A stretch of 27,857 nucleotides of DNA from a candidate division WOR-3 bacterium (GCA_023132105.1 JAGLYS010000191.1:1-27857), one strand, 5' to 3'. Shown: positions 8,059 to 16,739, counted from the stretch's first letter. The notes: generated by a model from the sequence alone, not told the origin. Made by a program: numbers and translations.

Positions 8059-10153
8059 AATAAACACCTATGTCATATTTCTTTTAATTATATTTATATC
8101 TTTCCCCTTATTCTCCGACAAATTGTTAATCGATGATTATATTAAATCGACAATATTAAAGGAAAAGGCATTTTATGCGGATTCTTCATTTCTTGAAGTT
8201 TTAGAAGGAGAAAAATATTTTTCTCTTATTGATTCGTCATTAGTAGAATATAATATAAGAAATTTTATTTACCAAAATCACGAAAACCCATTTGGATATT
8301 ATATACTTGGTGAATTCTTTAGAATTTCAGGATCAAACAAATTATTTAGTATATATTATGATTCATCTCTGATGCTTGCTGCTAAATCTTACGGGTCAAA
8401 TTTAATCCTTTATAGATATTTTAAAATTAGGGGAAATTCATTATATGCATTAAAAACACTGAATTCCATATATGATGTAAGTTTGAATAAGGGGATAATT
8501 GCACATCCACTTTTATGTGCTTATTTTAAGTATAAATCAATTGAAAGTATTAGATCAGGCAATTTGATAGAAGCAACACATTATGATAATATCGCTATAA
8601 AATTAAATTCATCCGATTTGGAATCATATTCGATTCAAAGTATTATTCATCAAAAAACAGACCCACTAAATAGTCTTAAAGACATAGCTCTGTTTATAAT
8701 AAATGCTTTTTCTGATTTCAGAAATAAAATCTTTGTATATTCATCCCTTATAAGAATTGCCTATTTTGGGTTATTTTATGCATCATTTTTCTTTCTTACC
8801 GTTCTTTATATTACAAATTTGGATTTTCTCACAAAAAAGATATCCAAACTAATAAAAAGTGAAAACAGATTTTTCTATGGAGTCCTATATATATTATTAT
8901 TAATTTCTCCTTTCATATGGTTCGATAATATTGTTTACATTTATATTGTTTTTCTTGTTTATAATACATATATCTGTCTTGCAAAAAGAAAAAGAGAATT
9001 TGTTTTTATCGCTTTAGTCCTGATTATAATGATAATACCGACAATAGGAGATTCTATTAATTTTAAAATATATTCTCCTGATTCCGAGATTAGCGCGGTA
9101 CTAAATTTAAATGTTAATCCGGGCAACAATGATGCAAGAGAATATATCAATAATTTGAGGGGCAGAGACAAGAGTAATACATTTATATACAATTATCTTT
9201 TAGGATTTACATTTAAGAAAAATGGTATTTTAGACTCTGCTAAAACATATTATAAAACAGCATTTAAATATAAGCCATCAGATGTTTCTCTGATAAATAA
9301 TATTGGAAATATTTTCTTTTTAGAAAAACAGTATGACAGCGCGTTTATATATTATAATAAAGGAATTAAAATCGATTCGAATAGTGCATCACTACATTAT
9401 AATTTAGCTCAATATTATCAAATGAAATTACAGTTAAATAAATCATCCGAAGAAATTGAAAAAGCATATTCATTGGATTTTGACAAAATTAGCAATTTTT
9501 CAAAAAACAGCACAAATCATTATAACAGAATTCTAATAGATGACAATATTCCAGAATACTATATGAACAAATTGCTTAGTAAGTATGTCTTTAAAGATAT
9601 TCACTTATATAACTATTTCTTAAAAGTTAATGTTTTACCGATTGCTGTAATTGCTCTCTTATATATTATTATACTTTCTATTCTGGCAAATAAACAAAAG
9701 AAATTATTCCCGTATAAAAGATGTTCTGTATGTGGTCATTGGGAATATGAAAAAGAACTGGATTATTTCGAAAATACCCAATTATGCAGAGAATGCAATT
9801 CAAGGATAGTAAATGTATCGAATGATACGGTAAAAGCTAAAATAATCGAAAGTTTAAAGATTAGATACTTTATCCGAAAAAAAACAATCGGATTTTTTAT
9901 AAATCTTATTATTCCAGGCGGTGGTCTAATCTATTTGGGAAAACAGGGTAGAGGATTACTATATCTGTTTCAATTTATTATTTATTTTATGATTGCAACA
10001 AGTTCGAATTATCTAATAACGAATATATTTGCCACCCCGCTTATGATAAAGGGGATTATTTATTATGTGTTTATCGGATTAACTGTTTTTATCTATGTTC
10101 TTGTACAATTAATTTATTTATCATTAAAAGAATCGGAGTTCCATCATGCTTAA
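8048..10153 (+). CDS. Multi-pass membrane protein with TPR repeats and a CxxC...CxxC putative zinc ribbon
   Basis: Signal-like N-terminus, several hydrophobic segments, TPR-like repeats (e.g. AKTYYKTAFKYKPSDVSLINNIGNIFF, ASLHYNLAQYY), CSVC...CREC, and C-terminal NLIIPGGGLIYLGK plus TM helices. Start moved to the ATG at 8048. Confidence 0.7.
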   Translation: MNTKINTYVIFLLIIFISFPLFSDKLLIDDYIKSTILKEKAFYADSSFLEVLEGEKYFSLIDSSLVEYNIRNFIYQNHENPFGYYILGEFFRISGSNKLFSIYYDSSLMLAAKSYGSNLILYRYFKIRGNSLYALKTLNSIYDVSLNKGIIAHPLLCAYFKYKSIESIRSGNLIEATHYDNIAIKLNSSDLESYSIQSIIHQKTDPLNSLKDIALFIINAFSDFRNKIFVYSSLIRIAYFGLFYASFFFLTVLYITNLDFLTKKISKLIKSENRFFYGVLYILLLISPFIWFDNIVYIYIVFLVYNTYICLAKRKREFVFIALVLIIMIIPTIGDSINFKIYSPDSEISAVLNLNVNPGNNDAREYINNLRGRDKSNTFIYNYLLGFTFKKNGILDSAKTYYKTAFKYKPSDVSLINNIGNIFFLEKQYDSAFIYYNKGIKIDSNSASLHYNLAQYYQMKLQLNKSSEEIEKAYSLDFDKISNFSKNSTNHYNRILIDDNIPEYYMNKLLSKYVFKDIHLYNYFLKVNVLPIAVIALLYIIILSILANKQKKLFPYKRCSVCGHWEYEKELDYFENTQLCRECNSRIVNVSNDTVKAKIIESLKIRYFIRKKTIGFFINLIIPGGGLIYLGKQGRGLLYLFQFIIYFMIATSSNYLITNIFATPLMIKGIIYYVFIGLTVFIYVLVQLIYLSLKESEFHHA

Positions 10154-11183
10154 AGGAAGTTTAAGAGAATTTAAAACACCTGACATTCTTCAGCTTATAG
10201 CCTCACAAGCAAAAACAGGTGTTTTGACAATTGAACACTTCAATGAAACAATTTCAATAGGATTTAAAAAGGGATTTATAGTAGCTGCTCTCAAAAACAA
10301 AAACAATGAAGCTGAAAAAATAAATTCATACATCTTAGCTTCTCAAAAAATAGATAGAGAAACATATGATAATATAATCGAAGAACACAAAGTAAGTGGT
10401 ATAGACATATATGAGCTTTTAATAAAAGAAAAAATATTATCTGAAAATGACATAAGAGACATTATACAATTTAAAATTCAGGAAATAATGGACAATTCAA
10501 TGCAATGGCAAGAAGGTACATACAACTTCCAACCTCATGTTGCCATTTACACCGATAGTAAAATAAAGGTTTCTATCAATACTCAGGGATTAATTCTTGA
10601 AAGTATTCGTCGTATCGATGAATGGCCTCGGATAAATAAGGAATTCCCTGATTCAAGGATCGTATTAAAAAAGGTAATCTATACAATCAACACTGATGAG
10701 GTAGGTCCGGAAGAAAATATTATTTTCAATCTAATAGATAACAACCGTTCTATCGAGGATTTGATAAGATTAAGCGGTTTAGGTAGGTTTAAAACATTTA
10801 GTGCAATCTATAACCTTTATTTTATGAATTTAATTGACAAATTACCAAGGATAAAGAGAAAAAATAAAGCAAAATTATCTTTTGATTTTTCAATTTTACT
10901 TAATATCGTAAAAGCATCGATTATTATCATTATCGTTATTCTTGTTGATCTTGGTATCAGGTCTATAACATCATCTTCAATAAAAAGTATCTCCTTCTAC
11001 GATTCTCCTCATACCTATTCCTATAGAAAAAGAATTATTGAAAATTCCTTGAAGATATATTTCATCGATCATGAAGAATATCCCAATAATTTAGAAAAGC
11101 TCGCTAAATCCAATCTTCTTAACAAAACAATCATCAAAGATTTTATTTACAAGTGTAATAAAACAGATTATATATTGGAATAA
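10146..11183 (+). CDS. DUF4388 (PatA_N-like) domain protein with one TM helix and a short pilin-like C-terminal domain
   Basis: N-terminal LKGSLREFKTPDILQLIASQAKTGVL, WQEGTYNF and GLILESIRRIDEW are the DUF4388 pattern; TM near residues 250-270; C-terminal SLKIYFIDHEEYPNNLEKL. Confidence 0.75.
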   Translation: MLKGSLREFKTPDILQLIASQAKTGVLTIEHFNETISIGFKKGFIVAALKNKNNEAEKINSYILASQKIDRETYDNIIEEHKVSGIDIYELLIKEKILSENDIRDIIQFKIQEIMDNSMQWQEGTYNFQPHVAIYTDSKIKVSINTQGLILESIRRIDEWPRINKEFPDSRIVLKKVIYTINTDEVGPEENIIFNLIDNNRSIEDLIRLSGLGRFKTFSAIYNLYFMNLIDKLPRIKRKNKAKLSFDFSILLNIVKASIIIIIVILVDLGIRSITSSSIKSISFYDSPHTYSYRKRIIENSLKIYFIDHEEYPNNLEKLAKSNLLNKTIIKDFIYKCNKTDYILE

Positions 11184-12470
11184 TTAATCTTTTTTTATCT
11201 CTTCATTTATTAAAAATTCAGCTTCTTTCAGTGATTTATCAGGATCAACATTGCCTCTCATAGCTGGTTCTAAACCATTTCTGTTAAGAATAGTCCTGCC
11301 AATAAACCATGATGGAGATTTTGGTTCTATATCTGCATTTTCAATCTGCATAAATGTTTCATATAATCCCGGGAACTTTTTGAATTTTTCAACCATTATA
11401 CTATCTTTAAAGCTACTCCTTCTTATTGGAAGATAATTTGTTCCATTAGACCATATAGCTTGAACCTCCGATGACATAAAATATTTAATAAATTTCCACG
11501 CAGCCTTTTTCTTACCTTCGGAAACATCATTGAAAATTGCAATATTGGTTCCCGATACAATCACTTTTTCTGTCTTCCCATGAGGAATAGGATTTATCCT
11601 TAATGTAAACGATGGATTTGCAATAAACATAAATGGTAATGATACTATAGAACCTGAAACAGTAAGAACCCTTCCTGTAAGGAAATCATCCTGATTCTGA
11701 AAGCCTGTTGTCAGATATGCTACTTTATGCTTCTTTATAAGATCTACCCAATACCTGAGTGCATCTATACTCTCCTTGCTCCCGACAAGACATTTAGTGC
11801 CATCATCCGAAAATATCTTTCCCCCATTTTGCACCAACATACATTCATAAAGCCACATATTTATTGAAAACGCAGTTCCCCAAACATCAGGATAATCATC
11901 TCCGGTTGTATCCTTTGTGGCTTTTTTCAATAAAATGAGTAGTGAATCCCATGTTTTAGGAAATTCATTATAACCAAGTTCATGCAACTTCTCTTCATTA
12001 TAGTAATATGCCGGAACACTTTTATTGAAAGGGAGGGTGGCCAGTTGCCCGTTAAATGTATTATCATATATTAGTATTGGGAAAATATCATTTACTTCTG
12101 CTGTATCTATACCTATCTCTGGATCATCAATGTACTGTTGAATAGGTACAATTGCTCCTACTTCCAAAAATTGAGATGTCCATGATTCATATACTTGAGC
12201 AATAACAGGGGGTTTTTTCCCTGTTATCGATGCCATTAGTTTTTGAGAAAGAGCACTATAACTACCTACTGAAATCGGAATTATTTTTATATCAGTATTT
12301 TGCTTATTAAAATCATTTACTATATTATCAAGTGTTTTTTTAAGAGGTCCACCCATAACATGCCAGAATGTCACATTCGTAACATTGCCTTTATCTGCCG
12401 ATTCTTTACCTTTCTTGCAGGAAGAGAAAAACATAATAATAACAAGCAAAACAAATACTACTTTCTTCAT
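11184..12470 (-). CDS. ABC transporter solute-binding lipoprotein (CUT1/UgpB-like family 1)
   Basis: Lipobox FFSSC, VTFWH, LPFNKSVPAYYYN, PKTWD, SGTNIAIF and AAWKFIKY. Confidence 0.85.
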   Translation of the reverse strand: MKKVVFVLLVIIMFFSSCKKGKESADKGNVTNVTFWHVMGGPLKKTLDNIVNDFNKQNTDIKIIPISVGSYSALSQKLMASITGKKPPVIAQVYESWTSQFLEVGAIVPIQQYIDDPEIGIDTAEVNDIFPILIYDNTFNGQLATLPFNKSVPAYYYNEEKLHELGYNEFPKTWDSLLILLKKATKDTTGDDYPDVWGTAFSINMWLYECMLVQNGGKIFSDDGTKCLVGSKESIDALRYWVDLIKKHKVAYLTTGFQNQDDFLTGRVLTVSGSIVSLPFMFIANPSFTLRINPIPHGKTEKVIVSGTNIAIFNDVSEGKKKAAWKFIKYFMSSEVQAIWSNGTNYLPIRRSSFKDSIMVEKFKKFPGLYETFMQIENADIEPKSPSWFIGRTILNRNGLEPAMRGNVDPDKSLKEAEFLINEEIKKD

Positions 12471-12476
12471 AGAGGA

Positions 12477-12505
12477 ATTATACCATTTTATATGTATCTT
12501 TTCAA
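12477..12505 (-). promoter_or_regulatory. Sigma70 promoter, probably giving a leaderless mRNA for the solute-binding protein
   Basis: Minus strand TTGAAA (12505-12500), 17 nt spacer, TATAAT (12482-12477), 6 nt, ATG (12470); no SD. Confidence 0.7.
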
Positions 12506-12523
12506 GATAAATATAAATTCAAC

Positions 12524-12551
12524 TTGAATTTTTAAATAAAACAAGTATAAT
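12524..12551 (+). promoter_or_regulatory. Sigma70 promoter, probably giving a leaderless mRNA for queD
   Basis: TTGAAT (12524-12529), 16 nt spacer, TATAAT (12546-12551), 6 nt, ATG (12558); no SD. Confidence 0.65.
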
Positions 12552-12557
12552 GCAAAT

Positions 12558-12926
12558 ATGTTTATTATTAGAGTTGAAACACACTTTTCCGGAGCTCATT
12601 TTCTTAATGGATATATTGGTAAATGCTCGGATATGCATGGGCACAATTGGAAGGCTATTGTTGAGGTAAAAGGTAATAAGTTAAATAAATCCGGTATGCT
12701 TATTGATTTTAAAGAATTAAAGAAAATCGCAAATGAAATTTCAGACAAATTTGACCATAAAGTTTTAAATGAAATCGATTACTTCAACGATAAAAATCCT
12801 ACCGCTGAAAATATTGCAATATACTTTTCATTTGAACTTAAAAAAAGATTACCTGAATTGGAAATTAATCTTATACAGGTGTTTGAAACAGACGATTATG
12901 CTGCAACATATATTCCAGATAAATGA
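12558..12926 (+). CDS. queD: 6-carboxy-5,6,7,8-tetrahydropterin synthase
   Basis: FSGAHFL, CSDMHGHNW, DFKELK, DHKVLNE, NPTAENIA and VFET. Confidence 0.93.
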   Translation: MFIIRVETHFSGAHFLNGYIGKCSDMHGHNWKAIVEVKGNKLNKSGMLIDFKELKKIANEISDKFDHKVLNEIDYFNDKNPTAENIAIYFSFELKKRLPELEINLIQVFETDDYAATYIPDK

Positions 12927-13548
12927 AATTTTCGAATCGATTGAAGGAGAAACAACATTTTCAGGTTTTCCATCACTTTTTATCAGATTTACAGGATGTA
13001 ATCTGAGATGTAATTATTGCGATACGAAGTATGCATATAGTGAAGGTAAATTTTATTCAACCGAGCAAATAATAGAATTGATTAAAGGATCTAATAAAAA
13101 ATATATCATAATTACAGGTGGAGAACCGTTGATTCAAAAAGGGATAGAACATTTAATTATGGAAATTGGAAAGACAGATAAAATAATTATAATTGAAACA
13201 AATGGTTCAATGCCCATTGATAATATTCTTGGCAATTCGACAATAGTTATGATGGATATCAAAACCCCATCAAGCAATATGGCTAAGTTTAATAATTTGG
13301 AAAATATTAGAAAACTTCGTTCCTTTGACGAAGTAAAATTCACAATCTTAAACTATGATGATTTTATTTGGAGTGTCGATATTGTTAGAAATATAATAGA
13401 TAATAGATGTAAGGTAAATTTTTCGCCTGTTAACAATATACTCAAACCCTCACTCCTGGCAAAATGGATATTGGATTCAGATGAAAATATCAGATTGAAT
13501 CTCCAATTACACAAGATTATTTGGAAAAACAAAGAGCGAGGAATATGA
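12898..13548 (+). CDS. queE: 7-carboxy-7-deazaguanine synthase (radical SAM); start revised to 12898
   Basis: INEIFESIEGE, FIRFTGCNLRCNYCDTKY, ITGGEPL, ETNGS and LNLQLHK; operon context. Confidence 0.92.
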   Translation: MLQHIFQINEIFESIEGETTFSGFPSLFIRFTGCNLRCNYCDTKYAYSEGKFYSTEQIIELIKGSNKKYIIITGGEPLIQKGIEHLIMEIGKTDKIIIIETNGSMPIDNILGNSTIVMMDIKTPSSNMAKFNNLENIRKLRSFDEVKFTILNYDDFIWSVDIVRNIIDNRCKVNFSPVNNILKPSLLAKWILDSDENIRLNLQLHKIIWKNKERGI

Positions 13549-14315
13549 AAGATATACAAAACGAAAACGATTTACGCAAAATAGCCATAAACAAAGTTGG
13601 TGTTACAAGTGTAAAATATCCGATAACATTATTGGATAGAGATAGTTCATCACAACATACAATATGTGATATTGACCTCTGTGTTGACCTGCCTCATGAT
13701 TTCAGAGGTGCTCATATGAGCAGGTTTATTGAAATAATTCACAATTATAAGTCCTCAATAAACATCGATGCCATTCCGGATATACTTGAGAATGTTAGAA
13801 ATTCACTCAATGCGGAATCAGCACATATAAAAATCACATTCCCCTATTTTATGACAAAAAGTGCCCCCATTTCACATATTTCTTCATTAATGCCATATAA
13901 AGTTACATTTATTGGCACAAAAAACAGTAATATAACTGATATAGTTATAAATGTTGAAATACCCGTCACAACATTGTGTCCCTGTTCAAAAGAGATAAGC
14001 AATCACGGAGCTCATAATCAACGATCATTCCTTTCAATATCCGTTAGAACTAAAAAATTCATGTGGATTGAGGAATTGATAGAGATAGCTGAAAGTTGTG
14101 CAAGTTCTCAGATTTATCCTCTTTTAAAAAGAGAAGATGAAAAATATGTAACAGAACACGCATATAATAATCCGAGATTTGCAGAAGACATTGTAAGAGA
14201 AGCCGTATTGAAATTGAAAAAAAATGGAAAAATCACCTGGCTAAAGGTAGAATCATTAAATCTTGAAAGTATACACCTTCACAATACCTATGCTTGTGTT
14301 GAAATGGAAATATGA
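13545..14315 (+). CDS. folE2: GTP cyclohydrolase type IB; start revised to 13545
   Basis: INKVGV, GAHMSRF, TTLCPCSKEIS, GAHNQRS, NPRFAED and ESIHLHN; ATGA overlap with queE. Confidence 0.92.
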   Translation: MKDIQNENDLRKIAINKVGVTSVKYPITLLDRDSSSQHTICDIDLCVDLPHDFRGAHMSRFIEIIHNYKSSINIDAIPDILENVRNSLNAESAHIKITFPYFMTKSAPISHISSLMPYKVTFIGTKNSNITDIVINVEIPVTTLCPCSKEISNHGAHNQRSFLSISVRTKKFMWIEELIEIAESCASSQIYPLLKREDEKYVTEHAYNNPRFAEDIVREAVLKLKKNGKITWLKVESLNLESIHLHNTYACVEMEI

Positions 14316-15298
14316 ATAGAGTTATCGGTATAACATCTACGATACCTTCTGAAGTAATATATGCTGCCGGTTATAAATTATGTGATTTAAATAACCTCTA
14401 TATAAAATCCAGATTACCTATGGATTATTATGAAAAAGCTGAAATTGCAGGATTTCCCGGAACTTATTGTGGCTGGATAAAAGGTCTTTACAGTGCAGCT
14501 TTAGATAATGATATAAGAACAGTTATTGCTGTTACCGAAGGGGATTGTAGTAATACTCATGCTTTAATGGAACTATACACTTATGAGAATGTAAACACTA
14601 TACCTTTTGCATATCCGTTTATTCATGATAGAGAACATATATCTTTCGAAATTAGCAGTTTAATGAAAAGATTTAATGTTGTTAAAGTTGATTTAGATAT
14701 AGTACGAGAAAAATTCTATAAAATAAGGCAATTGCTTCATAAATTTGATGAAAATACATATTCCGAATCTAAAATATCAGGTAAGGAAAATCATATTTGG
14801 CTTATTTCTTCTAGCGATTTTAATGGAAATCCCGATAAATTTTATACTAATTTAAAAACAAGAATAAATGAAATAGACAAAAAAACCTCCATTTATAATG
14901 ATTACATAAGACTGGGATATGCGGGTGTTCCTCCTATATTCACCGATTTTTATGAGACAGTTGAGAATCTTGGAGGACATATCGTCTTCAATGAATTGCA
15001 AAGACAGTTTGCTATGCCATCATACCAAAAGGATATAGTGAGTCAATATCTTGATTATACATATCCGTACAGTATATTTTTAAGGATAGAAGATATTAAG
15101 ACAGAAATTAAAAAGAGGAAAATAAAAGGTCTTATTCACTATGTTCAATCATTCTGTTATAGAACCCTCGAAGATGTTATTTTACGAAAAGAATTAAATA
15201 TTCCTATCTTGACAATAGAAGGAGACAAACCAGAAAAAACAGGCGTTAGAACCAGAATTAGAATTGAAGCATTCATTGAAATGTTGAGGAAATTATGA
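14312..15298 (+). CDS. 2-hydroxyacyl-CoA dehydratase (HGD-D) family Fe-S protein, single subunit; substrate unknown
   Basis: IPSEVIYAAG N-terminus, Cys motifs TYCGW (C53), GDCSN (C79) and SFCYR (C282), IPILTIEGD, and a C-terminal TRIRIEAFIEML signature; adjacent to an activase. Confidence 0.85.
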   Translation: MNRVIGITSTIPSEVIYAAGYKLCDLNNLYIKSRLPMDYYEKAEIAGFPGTYCGWIKGLYSAALDNDIRTVIAVTEGDCSNTHALMELYTYENVNTIPFAYPFIHDREHISFEISSLMKRFNVVKVDLDIVREKFYKIRQLLHKFDENTYSESKISGKENHIWLISSSDFNGNPDKFYTNLKTRINEIDKKTSIYNDYIRLGYAGVPPIFTDFYETVENLGGHIVFNELQRQFAMPSYQKDIVSQYLDYTYPYSIFLRIEDIKTEIKKRKIKGLIHYVQSFCYRTLEDVILRKELNIPILTIEGDKPEKTGVRTRIRIEAFIEMLRKL

Positions 15299-16044
15299 AA
15301 GCTGGAATTGACATAGGCAGTAGAAGTATAAAAATCTATTTTGAAATTAACGGAGATCCTATTAGAAAGAAAATTGATACAATATCCTTTTTTAAAAACT
15401 ATTTATCTTCGGATAATGATATGTTAAAGATTGAAAATAATGATTTATTCAACGGATATCATCCGGATGAAATAATTGCTACCGGTTATGGAAAACTTGC
15501 AACTAACATTAAAACTACGAAAACAATCTCTGAAATAATAGCCCACGCAGTAGGAGCTATGGAATCTACGGGAGAAAAAAACTTTATTCTCGTTGATATC
15601 GGAGGACAGGATACCAAGGTAATAAAAATATCCGATTGTAATGTTGTTGATTTTCAAATGAATAACAAATGTGCGGCGGGAAGTGGCAGATACATTGAGA
15701 ATATGGCACAAATACTCGGTTTATCGATTAATGATATTTCAAGCAGGGTGAAAAATCCCATAAGAATCGATTCGACATGTACCACATTTGGGGAATCGGA
15801 AGTATTGGGAAAATTCTTTGAAGATAATAGCATTGAAAATATTGCAGCTGGTATTAATGAAGCTGTTGCCAGGAGATTGATTCCTATGATACGGAAATAT
15901 AATAGTAATACTATATTTGTTTCCGGTGGTGTGGCAAATAACAGTGCTGTAATCAGTTTTTTATCTACTGGTTTAAGTTTAGATGTAAAACGAATAGATT
16001 TTCCGGATTTTAACGGTGCATACGGGTGTTATAAATATGAATAA
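15295..16044 (+). CDS. ATP-dependent acyl-CoA dehydratase activase (HgdC/HadI; BadF/BcrA/BcrD ASKHA ATPase with a [4Fe-4S] cluster)
   Basis: GIDIGSRSIK, ATGYG, SEIIAHAVG, VDIGGQDTK, MNNKCAAGSG, STCTTFGESE, SGGVANN and GAYG. Confidence 0.92.
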   Translation: MKAGIDIGSRSIKIYFEINGDPIRKKIDTISFFKNYLSSDNDMLKIENNDLFNGYHPDEIIATGYGKLATNIKTTKTISEIIAHAVGAMESTGEKNFILVDIGGQDTKVIKISDCNVVDFQMNNKCAAGSGRYIENMAQILGLSINDISSRVKNPIRIDSTCTTFGESEVLGKFFEDNSIENIAAGINEAVARRLIPMIRKYNSNTIFVSGGVANNSAVISFLSTGLSLDVKRIDFPDFNGAYGCYKYE

Positions 16045-16717
16045 AAAAGCTGTTGTATTGCTAAGCGGTGGTCTGGATTCAACAACAACATTGGTTTATG
16101 CTTTGAATAAGGGCTATATTGTTTCTGCGATTACATTTGATTATGGTCAAAGACACAATATTGAAATTAAAAAGTCTATTTTAACAACAAAGAAATATAA
16201 TATTAAACATTTAATCTTTCCCATTCCATTGGATTTAATAGGGGGATCTGCTCTTACTGACAATATAGATGTTCCGGAACATAGCCTTGAAAATATTGGT
16301 AATGCTATCCCTATAACATATGTTCCTGCTCGAAATATAATTTTCCTGTCAATTGCTTCGGCATGGGCAGAAGTACAAAATATAGAAAATATATTTATCG
16401 GTGTTAATATGCTTGATTATAGCGGATATCCTGATTGTAGGAACATATTTATCAAATCTATGGAAAAATCTTTAACACTTGGAACAAAATTGGTAGATTT
16501 AAATAGAAAAATCAAGATTCATACACCACTTTCCGATTTAAAAAAATTTGAAATTATTCGACTCGGCATTGATCTTGATGTTGACTATTCGCTCACTTCA
16601 AGCTGTTATAATCCTGATAAGAAAGGAAGAGCTTGTGGAAAATGTGATAGTTGTAAACTTAGATTGCAAGGATTTAAAGCAATAGATATTTCTGATCCTG
16701 TTCCATATATAATATAA
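16037..16717 (+). CDS. queC: 7-cyano-7-deazaguanine synthase; start revised to 16037
   Basis: VLLSGGLDS, FDYGQRH, TYVPARN, GYPDCR, SCY and CGKCDSCKLR. Confidence 0.96.
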   Translation: MNKKAVVLLSGGLDSTTTLVYALNKGYIVSAITFDYGQRHNIEIKKSILTTKKYNIKHLIFPIPLDLIGGSALTDNIDVPEHSLENIGNAIPITYVPARNIIFLSIASAWAEVQNIENIFIGVNMLDYSGYPDCRNIFIKSMEKSLTLGTKLVDLNRKIKIHTPLSDLKKFEIIRLGIDLDVDYSLTSSCYNPDKKGRACGKCDSCKLRLQGFKAIDISDPVPYII

Positions 16718-16739
16718 CATATTTTTTATTCTGCTTATA

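Noticed and set aside
12471-12557. preQ1 riboswitch upstream of the que operon
   Set aside because: No matching stem or A-rich tail, and the promoter position leaves no 5' UTR.
12769-12897. N-terminal extensions in the ORF track for queE (also folE2, queC, pilB, ruvX, mltG)
   Set aside because: Family N-termini, stop/start overlaps and promoter positions favour the downstream starts.
14312-15298. Double-cubane cluster protein (DCCP) or amino-acid fermentation dehydratase assignment
   Set aside because: Only four Cys, too few for a double cubane; no second subunit or fermentation genes nearby.
12558-16717. Dpd DNA-modification or phage-defence island
   Set aside because: No dpdA/tgt-like gene, helicase, nuclease or mobility gene in the window; flanks are housekeeping. 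It cannot be excluded genome-wide.
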